A stretch of DNA of 64,000 bases. Source: Octopus sinensis. Lineage: Eukaryota. The stretch spans positions 100,750,001-100,814,000 of the forward strand of contig NC_043006.1 in the NCBI RefSeq assembly GCF_006345805.1. The letters run 5' to 3'. Position numbers and translations under genes: made by a program. Positions 26,947 to 42,672 of the stretch are shown here, in pieces. The stretch's first letter is position 1. Each line of letters begins with the position of its first letter. The notes beneath the pieces are model-generated. The model had not been told where the DNA came from. It searched no databases and was given only the letters and a program-made list of their open reading frames with translations.

Positions 26947-27103
26947 AGGCGTGTGAGTGGCTGTGTGGTAAGTAGCTTGCTTACAAACTACATGGTTTCC
27001 AGTTCAGTTCCGGCACCTTGGGAAAGTGTCTTCTACTATAGCCTCGAGCCAACCAAAGCCTTGTGAGTGGATTTGGTAGACGGAAACTGAAAGAAACCCG
27101 TCG

Positions 27104-27147
<44 letters not shown>

Positions 27148-27392
27148 GTGTGTGTGTGTGTGTGTGTGTGTGTATTTGTGTGTGTGTATGTTTGTGTGGC
27201 TGTGTTTGTCTCCCCAATATCGCTTGTCAACCGATGCTGGTGTGTTTACGTCCCCGTAACTTGGCGGTTCGAGAAAAGAGACCGATAGAATAAGTACTAG
27301 GCGTACAAAGAACAAGTCCTGGGGTCGATGTGTTCGACTGAAGGTGGTGCTCCAGCATGGCCACAATCAAATAACTGAAACAAGTAAAAGAG
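26947..27392 (+). mobile_element. SINE family C, full length
   Basis: Same structure as 5875-6280; TSD TAACATA. Confidence 0.85.
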
Positions 27393-27449
27393 TAACATAC
27401 TGAATATCATAGTCAATGTAGATATGCAGTAGAAATCAACACGACTGCG

Positions 27450-27619
27450 GCCGTTACGTTCTGAGTTCAAATTCCGTCGAGGTCGACTTTGCCTTTCATC
27501 CTTTCGAGGTCGATAAATTAAGTACCAGCTACTCACTGGGGTCGATGTAATCGACTTAATCCGTTTGTCAGTCCTTGTTTGTCCTCTCTGTGTTTAACCC
27601 CTTGTGGGTAGTAAAGAAA
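27450..27619 (+). mobile_element. 5'-truncated SINE family B with Tx1-like tail
   Basis: Core followed by CTTGTTTGTCCTCTCTGTGTTTAACCCCTTGTGGGTAGTAAAGAAA. Confidence 0.8.
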
Positions 27620-28374
27620 TTGATATTGTCTCGAGAAAGTATCCCGTATAGCATATCAATTTATACGAGATATTTAGTTGAGATTAATACCGAAACTGTG
27701 GTTTTCTACGAAAAAGCCACATCCACGGGTTTCAGGGCTAAATCTCAAAAGCAGTATCAATCTCTACGTACCATGAGAAGTCAAAAACCTAACTTGAACA
27801 TCCGAAAACTGATAAAGCGTGGGAAGAAGTCAAGAATAAGAAAATTAATTTTTATACTTTACAACAAGGGAAGAGCTCAAAATGAGCGTCTAAATGTTAT
27901 CGTTTGTAAAATTTGAGAAAAGTAAGGATATGTTTTTGTCGGTCGTAGTAGCAAATCAGGAATGTTTATGTAACAGTCCTATTATTGGTTTCTAAATTAT
28001 CTATTATTCTACAAAAGTTACCATGGTAATAGAATGTTTGAAATAGCCTAAATGTACAAGACAACGCATCATGCTGATTAATTTGAAATAAATTAATATA
28101 TATATAATTTGGTGTAGAATTTTTTCAATAAATCCAAGCCAGTTCAAAGGAATCTATTCATGGATATTTCACAATAACTGTTTTGAAGATTGCTATGTAT
28201 GCGATGTGGGAGTGTGTGAGTGTGTGTGTGTCTACGCGTGAGTGAATATATTAACAGACACGCAAACACATATGTGTGTTAGTATATACATGCATATCAA
28301 TATATACACGCACTTATATACATAGTGCGTACACACATTTATCACATACACACACAGACACAGACACATATATT

Positions 28375-28441
<67 letters not shown>

Positions 28442-30289
28442 AATATATATGTATATTATGTGCTTATAGCGTATGTATATATGTGTATACACATTTATGC
28501 ATATACAAATACATATATATATATATAAATGTATGTGCTTATAGTGTATGTTTATATGTATATACACATTTATGCACATACGTATACACATGAATACTTT
28601 AATAGAGAAAGTTGCCTACTAATTAGTTATCACAATGTAAATTTTACAAAAGAATGCAATTATTATAATGTAGACTGTCTAGAAAATTCTTTAAAATTCT
28701 AAATATAATATGCATATTTTTTTTAAAAATCAAAATGTGATTTTCAAGTTCTTTTATTATTTAAGATTTCAACTCCAGAAAATTCATTTTAATTCACTTC
28801 GAGATTTCGTCTCCTGTCTTCTCTCTCACGTGCTTCATAAAGCTACGTTCTACAGACGTATCAGTGCAAGTGTTATTCCAAATCATATGGTTGACCCAGT
28901 GTTAACCAAATTATGCTGATTCCTTTCTCCTTTCTTACTTGTTGGATGTCTTTAGAAGAACTAGAAACCTGAAGCAAAGTGGATTTAAATTACTTCCGCA
29001 GTTTCATTTACTTTCAAATGAAAAATTTCATTGCTATGTACAACTTTTACAAAAAATAATTGTTTTAAGAGATTGTCACAGTGCATGATGAGTATTTATA
29101 TCTATTTCCGATAGTTAATTCTTTTGATGAGATTAGCATTCGTCTTGCCGTATTCTCATAATAAAAGATTATCATTTTCCATATCTGTAATCATGAAGTT
29201 TGCGTTTATATAAATTATTAAAATTAAAGTGTTCGAATATATATCGACGGAACGGTAATGCAGAGCAAACACTAAGTTATACAATCATATGTCGGCTTTT
29301 GAAAATAATGTTTTTCCAGAACATACTATGCGTACAATCTGGATCACTGTCATTCAGAATATTAGAGGATTAAAAGATACAAAGGAGGATTAGTTGTAAC
29401 ATATCAGAGACATTACACATATAGGGTATCAAATGTTTAAACATTATTTTACAACCAGAATAAAACCGCCCGGAGTGGATTTTTCCCCCTTGTATTTATA
29501 AGAAGCACTATACGTTTGCATGCGCAACCGAGATACCTTTCAGCTGACTGGTGTTCAGCACGACAACAGGCGTAAATATAGACTACAGTGTTGAGCAAAA
29601 ATAATAGAAATGACTGAAGTATGTGTAAAAAAATAATCTGATTCCTTTTGAGAAACGCAATTCATGCGTAAGTTTTGTTAATATTGGGTTTGATATACTG
29701 CAAATGAAACTTAGTACAAGGCTATTAAGGAGGGCGAGGGTGAGTGTCGCTTGCCAATTTGTTCCAGAGATGGCACATAGCTCAAGGAAATCAACGAATT
29801 GAAATAGCTTTGTTCCTGAGAGTAAGAAAGACTTCCTTTCATGTAAGGGCCAAACCTATGGTGCCTGTGACTACCTTCACGTTGTCTGGTAATCATGTAT
29901 TTCAAAGTCAAAGGTCAAAAGGCATGCTTACTTTTGTGGCATGTGTAGAGAGAGAGAGAGAAATCCTTGGCAATGGAGCTGAAACCTGGTTCGAAATTAA
30001 GTAAAGACGGTCAGACTGTCAACATTTGATTTTACATATGTATGAGTGTATGAGTGTGCGTGTGTATATGTGCATGTGTGTACATATGTGTACCTTTATA
30101 TATATATATAGGTTTATCTTATATATATATATATATGAGATAAACCTATTTGGAAATGGATGTGTGGCGTTCAATCAACTAATAGCATAAATAATATAAT
30201 AATATATATATATATATATATATAATATATATATATATATGTGTGTGTGTGTGTATGTGTGTGTGTATACATACCTATGCATATATGGG

Positions 30290-30647
30290 TATGAGTATAG
30301 GACGCCACCAACAGTAAACAACATGAAATACGAAAACAATTGAGTTCAATACGCAAACAACGGTAGTAACAAATGGAAAGCTGGACAAGTAACACAAAGA
30401 ACGACCCTTAATCAGTTGTTGGCTGTCTATCTACTCCTTATTTCGAGCATTGAACGACAATAGGAGTCTTTGAAGACAGTTGCTCCTACAAGCATCAAAA
30501 TAAGATTTGGGATTTATGGAGGGTCAAGATTTGAACTAATGACACTCTTAGTATGTCTTCGTTTGGTTTCCTTGTACGTCTCCACTGTCCTGTTTTTATT
30601 CCCACCTTTGAGCCTTCATATATCCCAAAGGCTCTTAAATATATACA

Positions 30648-30700
<53 letters not shown>

Positions 30701-31345
30701 TATATTATTTGATTGAACACAACGTATCCATTTGCAAGTAAGTTTATCTTAATCTTTTTGAAGTGACTCTATTCTATATTTTTCCCCCATCTTTTTCTCT
30801 CTCATTTTTCCCTATTCGCTTTTTCTCCCTTTCTCCGCTTTCTATCTGTCTCTCACTCCTACCTCTCCTCTTTTACCTCCCACATTGTTCGCACGTGACA
30901 ATCGTCCATCTCTCTTTTCCTCACATGATCATCTCTCTTTTCTTTCAGGACTGTCCTAAAGACTGGACATTTCCTGTCTCTCTCTTCTATCTTTTCTCTT
31001 GTCAAAGAAAATATTTCTCTAGCGTTCGCTATTTTACCCTCGTTCTGGTCTAACGACGCTCCATGTTTGTTTTCGTTCGGTTTCCGTGTACTTTTCTACT
31101 GTCCTGTTTTTGTTCCCAACTTTGACTCTCCATAAAATCTAAATTTATGAGAGCCACTGTCTTTACAGACTCATATTGTAGTTCAATGCTCGAAATGAGG
31201 AGTAGAAAGACAGCCGATAACTGATGAAGAGTCGTTCTTTCTGTTGCTTGTCCTGTTTTCCATTTGTTTCTCTCGTTCTTTACATATTGAACACATTTGT
31301 TTTAGTATTTCAGGCTGTTTACTGTTGGTGACGTTCTATACCCAT
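30290..31345. mobile_element. Diverged inverted pair of a ~240-bp repeat (30290-30525 vs 31125-31345), possibly Penelope-type termini
   Basis: Reverse-complement similarity around TGCTCGAAAT-AGGAGTAGA-AGACAGCC; also a direct repeat at 30555-30630 vs 31070-31145. Confidence 0.45.
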
Positions 31346-31359
31346 ATATGCACACACAC

Positions 31360-31390
<31 letters not shown>

Positions 31391-31403
31391 GTATATATAT
31401 ATA

Positions 31404-31434
<31 letters not shown>

Positions 31435-31466
31435 TATATATATCAGCAGAATGTATATACAATTAT

Positions 31467-31558
31467 ATACTCTCTTTTACTCTTTTACTTGTTTCAGTCA
31501 TTTGACTATGGCCATGCTGGAGCACTGCTTTTAGTCGAGCAAAACATACACACACACA

Positions 31559-31632
<74 letters not shown>

Positions 31633-31765
31633 CTACATGGTTTCGGGTTCAGGCCCATTGCGTGACACCTTGGGCAAGTGTCTTCCACTATAGCCGCGGG
31701 CCGACCAAAGCCTTGTGAGTGGATTTGGTAGACGGAAACTGAAAGACGCCCGTCGTAATTATACG

Positions 31766-31805
<40 letters not shown>

Positions 31806-31972
31806 TTACGACGGGCGTCTTTCAGTTTCCGACTACCAAATCCACTCACAAGTCTTTGGTCGCCCCGAGGCTACAGTAGAAGAAACTGGACCAAGGTGCC
31901 ACACAGTGGGACTGAACCCGGAACCATGTAGTTCATACGCAAGTTACTTACCACACGATCACTCCTACGCCT
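31467..31972. mobile_element. Rearranged SINE family C: 3' tail plus two inverted 5' halves forming a palindrome
   Basis: 31631-31765 and 31800-31935 are reverse complements around (TA)n. Confidence 0.8.
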
Positions 31973-33432
31973 TAGGAATTGTATACAACATTTTAATAAG
32001 TATATATATATTTAGCCTCTCTATGAAAATATATCATATCGACTGAACCTCTAAAATGCTGAGATTAAGAGGAACGCGTCTTTTAAAAAAGGTAAAAAAA
32101 TGTTACAGGAAAATGTAATTTACATAATGGAACTAATTTCGATGAAAAACATGGAAATAAATACATTTTTAATACAACAAAAATTGTAAGAATTTTTGGT
32201 ATTCCGTGCAATCCATTTCCAAAGAATTTCACAGAATCGTGAATAGCCAAAATAGAAAAGCAAAGGAGTTTCTTGTTCAATAGGCGTCAAAGAAGAATTA
32301 AATTATTTCAAGTATGGTAAGCGTAGTATTATAGAACAGAGAAAAACATGCCTATGAATGATCAAAGAGCATAAATTATGTGTCTGTGTGTAATGAATAT
32401 TGAACATACATGCATGAGAAAATAATGAATTACTCTATTGCAGAAACGTAGGCAATAGAATACCGTTGTTAAGCGTTAAACTGCTTATAATTGGCGCGTA
32501 AAAACAACATAGGGAAAACAAACAAACGGTATGAGTATCAGACGATACGAAAGCTGTTATGACAAGCATAGTCAAATACAGACGGCCAAACAATTGTAAG
32601 TTCTAATAAATCAGTTAGAAAGACGAAAAACTATGATGAGAATAATATAGAACAACATAACTGAAACGTCCCTAATTTGGATGGTTATACAGAATCCAGA
32701 ACACCACCCCCCCGCCCGCCCCTAAAAAAACACTCCACGGTTGTTATTTCGTGATTATGTTTCTTGTTCTGTGCGATATAAAGAGAAACTGTTTCTGACA
32801 TAGTCGTGATGCTTTGTTATAGGATTGAAAGAGAGGGTCAGAAGAAATGCGTCGGCTGTCAGAGTTCATTTGTGTTTGACTGTTGCGACAATAAAGAAAA
32901 TGCATACGCACAGGCGACAGGCTACAATCATTCCTTTTTCATTTCCTTCATTCATCTATCATTACAAAAGTTCGGATCGTTGTGGCTAAAATTTATAATA
33001 AGAGACGTTTACTTTGATGTTTCTCGCGTAGCACGAATTGAGAAGCGGATATTGTTTGGAGTCCCATGGTTTATCGCACATGTTTGACTTTATTTCTGTA
33101 TAAATAAATAGAAGCTGAGCTTGGATATATTTTAAGATGAATTGTACATTTTCATTTATACGATTGAGTAGGTTTCTGAATTTTTTTACCTTCTCTATAC
33201 TTTTATTCCATGAAATAAAACAACATTCTAGACATCTTTCGCATGCACACACACTCAACAGACGCACACACACATACACATACACACATATTTATATGCA
33301 TGTGTATGTATGTATATATATATATATCTATATCTGTATATATATATATATATACATATGTGTATGTATACATATATATGTGTGAGTATATATGTATGTA
33401 AATATATGCAATTATGCATACATATGTACATA

Positions 33433-33465
<33 letters not shown>

Positions 33466-33848
33466 TATAAATAATATATATATATTCATATAAACATACT
33501 TATACGTACATACTTACATGTATACGCATATATATATATATATACATACACACACAGACACACATATATATATATGTGTGTGAAAGATATTAAAATTGCT
33601 GTTATTATCGAAAGCAATATAAATAGTAGATAATAACAGAAACATTAATATAGGTCGCTGTAGGCCTAAAAAATAGTATTTTATAACTAAAGAATTAAGA
33701 TTATATTAATCATAAGCACACATTAAAGTGTCTACCCGCTAGAAATAAGATTCTAAACACTTATTTGGACCAAATAGGTGTTTTGGCTCTTATTTCTAGT
33801 TGGTAGACACTTTAATGTACCCTTATAATTATTATGTATATATATAAT

Positions 33849-33952
<104 letters not shown>

Positions 33953-34759
33953 TATATACATACATATATATACATATATATATATATATACACATGCATA
34001 TATATATATACTAGCATTAAAGACCCATCGTTGCCGAGTCATAGTGCTAGTGCATGTATATATGTGTATATATATGTGTGTACATATTACATGTACATCT
34101 ATATATATACATCTACACATAAAATACAAAATACAAAGTTATATCTTGATATCGCTGGTGATAACAATACTCAAAATATATAACAGACTGGAATTGTAGG
34201 CCCGTCTCTTGTAATTTCGATCAATCGTATCTTGTCCTCCCTCTTGTATAGAAGTGTGGCTACAATCCAGCCTACCTCTACTTCGGGGGGGGGGGGGGGG
34301 GCATTTAAAATTTTTTCCGGGACGTCCTACGTCCCAGATATAAAGGTGAAAAATAAAATATTTCCACTTTGCAAGTTCGAGTCGGGTACTTCCTTGCACG
34401 CTCCGTTGACTCGAACCTTGCTTCTATTGTGGCGAATTTACCGCCTCTGGTTAGATACCTTTCATAGTCGCACCAAGCCACTTTTCGTAGGTGCTTTCCT
34501 CCATTTGTTCAAATCTTATTTTTTCTCTAGATTGTGTCCTTTATAGACAATAGTCTTTTCTTTAATTTGATTTTTTATTATCCATCTGGATAATAGTAGT
34601 AACTATACTAACAAGTAAAGTCAATAGCCACATCAAAGTGACTTTTCCATGCTATTACTAGTTTAACCCCAGGCAAATCCTGCGCTGGTTATCGTTGCGA
34701 CGCTGATATCTTCTTGACACACAATGTTAAGTTGTACCAGTATTGCTAGAAAGAAGTCA

Positions 34760-35927
34760 AAACTATTCAATAGCCACAGTGCACTGATCTCCGAGCCTTC
34801 TGGCAACTCCAGTCCGACCCCAGCACTTCGCACATCTACATCAACCTACCCTTACCCTGCTCCAAACGAGCTCATAACCTGCGTGACCTCCTTGTCCAAT
34901 GTTTCTTCCCTAACCCTACCTCCCAGCCTGGCTTGTTCCCATGATCCCGCACACGCTGTCGCAGCTGCCCCTACTTGTGGTGCCCCAACACCACAAGCAC
35001 CCACCATCGTCCCTATCACATCACCGACTCCTTTACCTGCACTCCTAGTAACGTCATTTACTGCATTTCCTGCTCTTTCTGTTTTTCCCTGTATATCAGT
35101 CAAACGGGACGCCGCTTGGCTGACCAGTTCGAGGAGCACCTCTGAGTCATCAAAATCGCACCATATCCGCTCTACTGGTCATTCGCTATGTATTTGTTGA
35201 GACTGTCTTTGCACCCTTCACCGTGAACAGGAAGGAATCCTCTTTTCACTTCTTTGCGCCGCATGGGCTCAACTCACCTCTTCTCTTCATTTGATACCGC
35301 CCCACACTACTCCACACATACTGGCACTGACCACTTCCGAGCACCCCCACCACACACCATCTTCCGCATACCCCTCACACAACCTTCAATAGCGTCACCA
35401 CGCATACCACTATATGAGCAGCCACACACACTGTTTAACTTACTACACACACCACACGCAATCATGGACACTCTCTCTCTCTCTCACACACACACACAAG
35501 CATACCTGAACACAGACAATATATACTACCACACCCACACACGCTCATTATACCTGAACACAAGGCTATATATACATACACACGCAACACGCATTAACAC
35601 ACACAACATACATAGACAAAGATAACTTCTCGCCCACATATATACATCCTACACATGCACACAGACACACGCACACATACACACACAAAGATACACACAA
35701 ACATATGTACACTCCACGTGAATAAGCACACCTCAACTGCTACACACAACACACACGTTACACATGCACAAACTCACGCACATAAGTGTCACTCGCTCCT
35801 ATTCACACACACACACTCCATTCTCACATGCACACACACGTACAAGCACCTTCTCTTGAGATCAGCAGCTCTTTATTACCTCCCTTTCTTGCAACCTCTT
35901 TTATTATCATTATTATTATTATTATTT

Positions 35928-35963
<36 letters not shown>

Positions 35964-36190
35964 TCTCCCTTTCTTTCGAACATTTTTTCCCAATCATCCT
36001 CCATGCTGGACCGCTGAAATCTACAAGATTTTTCATTCTCACTTTGTCTATTTTCTCTTATTCCTTTCTGTTGAAGTTCGTAGCCTCGAAACGTAAAAGA
36101 CTTTTTCATTTTCACGAGTGTCAAACTTTTACATTTTCTTGTTGTTCATACACCTGTCTTCGTCTTTTGTTTTTCTATAAATTTCAACTA
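34760..36190 (+). mobile_element. Penelope-like element 3' part (GIY-YIG endonuclease relic, CA-rich UTR, terminal repeat)
   Basis: SRTRCRSCPY...FTCTPSNVIYCISCSFCFSLYISQTGRRLADQFEEHL* at ~34940-35145. Confidence 0.85.
36064..36099 (+). ncRNA. Degenerate minimal type I hammerhead ribozyme in the Penelope terminal region
   Basis: CTTT-CTGTTGA-(decayed stem II)-GAAA-CG-TA-AAAG; stem I CTTT/AAAG, palindromic ACGT stem III. Confidence 0.5.
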
Positions 36191-36199
36191 GATAGATAA

Positions 36200-36400
36200 G
36201 TTTCTTTATTGGCCACACAGGGCTGCACACAGATGGGACAGGTTACAAGGTAGAGCTTTTCTTTTGGGGGAGAAAAAAAAAGATGGCGTAGGTTTTCGAT
36301 CAAAAGGGATCGTAAAAGGGGAAAAAGAACAAAAAAAAAAGAAAAAAAGAAAAAAAGGGGAAAAAAGGGAAAAGGACCAAAAGAAAAGAAAAATGAAAAA
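36200..36400 (-). mobile_element. L1/Tx1-like LINE 3' UTR, 5'-truncated, between GATA repeats
   Basis: Matches 62964-63170. Confidence 0.8.
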
Positions 36401-36405
36401 CTAGT

Positions 36406-37950
<1,545 letters not shown>

Positions 37951-38429
37951 CGCTTATATAAATGTCTCATTTGATTTTCAACGATATTACATTTCAAAAT
38001 AATATTTTGCACTAAAATATCCTTGACAGAAGCTACGAGAAGAAATATATAGTACTTCAGAGGAAATGATAAACAGTTATAGCATAAATCCTGGGCTAAT
38101 AAAATTAGAAAACCCAAGATTCTCTGTCCTGATTGGCTTCTTGAACAGTTCTGATAGAAAAGAATTAAAAAGACTGAACGACAGATTTAAGTGAAATATT
38201 ACACTTGTAAAGAAAGTTAAGCTTTATGAGAAATCATAAATAAATAAATATAAATGGGACGATACCATTATCACTCTTGTATTCACTTATAATTTAATCA
38301 CGGTCGCTTTTATCTAATGTTTTACAACTTGCAACCTAATCTTTGGAATGGTCACATGGGTTTAATTTTGAAGAACTGTGTGACTGCTATAAAGTTTTTG
38401 TATATTTTATTACAGCATTTAAAAGAACG

Positions 38430-38870
38430 ATAGATTGGCAAAATCGTTAAAACGTCGGAGGGGAGGAAGGGAACTTGCAGCTTTGTTATGATATTTTATA
38501 TCTCCGAATTCAAATCATGCCACGCCAAGACTAGCTTTGATTTTCATTCCTATGTGGCCGATAGAGAAAGGTACCAATCGAGTACTGGGGTCTATGTAAT
38601 CGGTTGAACCCCTCTCTTCACACTTTTTGTACTCGCACCTAATTCAAAAGTCTTTATAGAATCTAAAAGGCGGGTGAACTGACAAAATCGTTTGAGCGTC
38701 GGGAAAACACCTCGCAGTAATTCTTCCAAATTGCTACGTTCTGATTACATATATCGCTGAATTCAACGTCGCCTTTTTATCGCTCCTGTTTGATAAAGTA
38801 CCGATGGATTTAATCGAATAGGTCCCCGGTCCCCATCCCCGCTGAAATTACCAAATTTATGCCGATATAA
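38430..38870 (+). mobile_element. Two decayed tandem SINE family B copies
   Basis: GGCAAAATCGTT heads, GTACTGGGGTC motif. Confidence 0.5.
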
Positions 38871-39317
38871 AAAAAATACAATTGTCATAGCATTTGTGGA
38901 AATATTAATCCATGGCAGCTCAACAGGGATCGCTTGGCAAGCTACAAGTATCGGACAAATCTTATTCAAATTGCACCCAAGTCTTGAAAATAAAGATAGT
39001 CTGAGACTATGTCCCAAAAATCATTATGGGACGATCAAAGCTGGGACACATTTGATCTTAGGTCTGCTTGAGTCAAAACGACAATACAAAAGAGTCAACA
39101 AGAGAGACTCTAAATATTTTCATGGACCTGCTAAGAGTAGCGGTCAGACCTTTCTTATATTACATCCTACCAGGTTAAAAAAGGAAGAACATACAGGCTA
39201 ATCCTAAATACACAGTATCTGAAATAAAGTTAGAAAGGTTAGATCAGGAACGTATTTCTACTTGGTCTGAATTGACGTTAGACAAATCATATTGATTATT
39301 GATTATTCGATTATTGT

Positions 39318-39525
39318 AAGGCGGCGATCTGGTAGAATCGTTAGTACGCCGGGCAAAATGCTTAGCGGCATTTAGTGCGCCTTTACGTTCTGAGTTCAAA
39401 TTCCGTCCAGGTCAACTTTTTCTCCCATCCTTTGGAGATACATAAAATAAGCACCAGTTGAGCACTTGAGGTCGATTTATCGACTTACCTCCTACCCAGA
39501 AATTATTAGCCATGTGCCAAACTTT
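39318..39525 (+). mobile_element. SINE family B
   Basis: GGCGGCGATCTGGTAGAATCGTTAG...GTTCTGAGTTCAAATTCC. Confidence 0.75.
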
Positions 39526-39614
39526 GAGATCAATATCATCCGTGTGTGCTTTAATGCTGGTGTTGTTGTTGCTGCTGCTGTTGTTGCTATCGTTGTTGTT
39601 GATGATGCTGCTGC

Positions 39615-39646
<32 letters not shown>

Positions 39647-39756
39647 TTAGCTGCCCAGCTGTTCAAGAATACTGATAGTGAAAGACACTTCAGGTGCGAC
39701 CATCTTTCCTCATAATTTTTTTCCATTTCGAGCATAGTGTATCACATCCGACTTAC

Positions 39757-39782
39757 CTGAGTTCGGATCCCTTCCTTCAGAG
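39757..39782 (-). other. Candidate 26-nt microexon
   Basis: TTTTTTTGTTTATTTTTCGTGATTCAG|CTCTGAAGGAAGGGATCCGAACTCAG|GTAAGT. Confidence 0.4.
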
Positions 39783-40630
39783 CTGAATCACGAAAAATAA
39801 ACAAAAAAAGCATATTACTCAGTATGTTATCCCAATTTCAGTATAGTAAACTATGAACAAAAATAGATTTACCTACTATTTCTAGCATACCCTGTCGGCT
39901 CTTAAAGACACGCTCGTTGGCTTTTTATCTTTTAATGGTTGTGTGAACATTTTTCTTGACTGCTCTATATTGAATATTGAATATTTCCTATTGCAATTTT
40001 TCCATAAACATTCACGTATTTTAAGATAAGTATTTCCAAAGTCTCTTTGTTAAGAAAACACAAAGCATTCCTCTTATTGAATTTTTCTTTCTTTCCTATT
40101 TTTAGAATTGTCTGCGATAGAACTATCCTTAATAAACATTCCTTGGAGAAATGTTAAAAATTTAATAATCTATAAAAGACAAACTTTATAAGGGAAAATT
40201 ACGAATGTCTTTGTAAATGGTTCGACATGTTTATTATATTATTTCATATGCATTGTCCTTCTTACTGCTTTATGGAATTTTTCAGAGAGATTTACAGCGG
40301 AATTAGTAGCATTGCTGCAAGCTCAAATGATACAATTTAAATGCATAGATGTAGCTACGTAAAGGCAAAAGTAATATCATTTATCTATTTCTATGAAGAC
40401 AATTTCTACATCTATCAGTAGCTTTATATATTTTAGGTTGTCTAAGTGTACTTGTGTACTGGGGCGTAATATTTGTGCATAGGTATGTTTCCATGTCTAC
40501 ACAAACGTACAAACTATGTCTCCGTCTTCAGATGAGTGTGTATGAGTCAGAGGTTAAGAGCAGACTAATGGAACCTGTATATAGTTTCGGAGGATATATA
40601 GTACATTTTTTCAGTGCATGTATCGTTGAC

Positions 40631-40667
<37 letters not shown>

Positions 40668-40719
40668 TATTATTATTATTATTATTATTATTATCGTTAT
40701 CATTATTATTATTATTATT

Positions 40720-41276
40720 GAGTGAGAGAGCAGTTCATGCCATCAAAGTGACACTGGGGTAAAGTATACGAAGCCCAATATACCCATCATGACTACCCGT
40801 CTGATAAAGGTACACCAGGCACATGCATCACAACCATATGTGCGCGACATGGTGATCTCATATCAAGATAAACAGCACATGACCTTGCAGGTGGGGCCCA
40901 GTTAGAATTTTCTTCAGGTTGAGTAGCCCATCCCGCTCAAACGGTCCCTGAATAAGGGTTGTTTAAGGATGTTGAAAGAACCACCCATGTTTCCAGAGGT
41001 GAACTATTCAAATCCCAAAGAATCCCTCTCAACACATAGCTATGATGCTCCCCCACTACTTCCGCTCGTGATCAGAGATGCACATATCGTCAGCCACTAT
41101 GGGACATGCTCAACTGGTTAAGGTCAAACAACTGACAAGCAAATCTGTGGTATTGAGCAGAATATTTGCTGTAGCCCATCTTTTATACCAAGACAAAACA
41201 ATGTACATGATAACACTTCCAATCAGTTTAGATCAGAAGCCATGAGAGCCTCTGCCTGGTACTGCATCAGGGCATT
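40720..41276 (-). mobile_element. ~556-bp non-coding element inserted in (AAT)n, full length
   Basis: Reverse complement of 55290-55845; (TAT)n on both sides. Confidence 0.85.
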
Positions 41277-41369
41277 TATATTATTATTATTATTATTTAT
41301 TATTATTATTATTATATTATTATTATTATTATCGTTATCATTATTATTATTATATTATTATTATTATTG

Positions 41370-41424
<55 letters not shown>

Positions 41425-41487
41425 CGTTATCATTATATTATTATTATTATTATTATTATTGTGTTGTTGTTGTTGTTGTTGTTGTTT

Positions 41488-41553
<66 letters not shown>

Positions 41554-41582
41554 TCATTGTCATCATCATTATTATAATTCTT

Positions 41583-41958
41583 AAGCGAGAGAGCAATACA
41601 TACAATCAAAGTGACACAGGGGTACAAATATACGAAGCCCAATATACCCATCATGACTTCCCGTCTGATAAGGGTACACCAGGCACATGCATCACAACCA
41701 TATGTGCTCGACATAGTCAGCTCACAACATCAAGATAAACAGCGCATGCCCTTGCAGGCAAGGCCCAGCTATGATTTTCTTCAGCCCATTCCGCTCAAAA
41801 TAAGGATTTTTAGGGATGATGAACGAAACGCCCATGTTTCCAAAGGTGATTTATTCAAACCCCAAAGAATCCCTCTCAACACCTGGCTATGATGCTCCCC
41901 AACTACTCCTGCTCGTGATTAGAAATGCACATATCGTCAGCAAATAAGGGCCATGCTC
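41583..41958 (-). mobile_element. Older 5'-truncated copy of the 556-bp element
   Basis: Colinear with 40720-41110, with deletions. Confidence 0.8.
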
Positions 41959-41959
41959 G

Positions 41960-42672
41960 AGAGTCGACGTTACCTTTTACTAGTCTAGTTCTATAAAAAG
42001 TACGAACCAAATGAGTCGATATAATTCACTAAACCCTTGTCCCTAAAAATATCTGGCTTTGTGCCCAAATTTTGCAATGATTAATGATGGCGAGCAGTTA
42101 GAATCGGCATGACGGGCAAAACTCCTAGCGACATTTCTTCTGGCTCATTACGAAGTGTGTTCGATTTCTGCTGAAGTTGACTTAGCCTCACATCCTTTCA
42201 AGATCGATAGAATAAGTCATTCGTAGGGGTGGTAGAAATCGACTTACCCCTTACCACTAAATGTGCTCGCCTTGTGCTAAAATGTTAAACCACTGAAGGC
42301 AGGAAATTGCCAGAATCGTTAGCAGGATACTTAGCGCAATTTCTTCTGGTTTTACGGCGGGAGTTCAATTAATTCTGAGATAAAATTCACGTTCATCGTT
42401 TCGGAGTCAGTAAAGTAAGTACCCATTGAGTACTGGGCTGGGCGTAATAAACTTACTCGCACCCCTAAAATAGCTGGCATTGTGCCGAAGTTTGAAACAG
42501 GAAGGTGGCGAGCTATCAGAATCGTTAGGCATTCTTCCGGCTTTATGTTCTGAGTTTGAATTCGCAGAATTCGATATCGCCTTTCATCCTTTTGGGGTCG
42601 ATGAAATAAGTACCAATCAAGCACTAAGGTCGATTTAATTGACCTTCCCCTTTCCACAAAATAGGCCTTTTC
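41960..42672 (+). mobile_element. Head-to-tail array of about four decayed SINE family B units
   Basis: AGAATCG head motifs at ~42100, ~42312, ~42518, spacing about 210 bp. Confidence 0.6.

Noticed and set aside
31160-31240. Permuted hammerhead (GCTCGAAA...CTGATGAAGAG)
   Set aside because: Stems II and III cannot be formed convincingly in either copy
32705-33090. GC box and CpG-richer stretch as a promoter
   Set aside because: A short motif alone is insufficient and no linked gene was identified
34724-35200. 158-aa Pro/Thr-rich ORF and its antisense ORF
   Set aside because: Off-frame readings of the Penelope GIY-YIG relic
39891-39960. Upstream partner exon for the microexon (MFTQPLKDKKPTSVSLRADR|GTATGC)
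   Set aside because: Splicing to the microexon gives CTC TGA at once, so the phase is incompatible with a continuing frame
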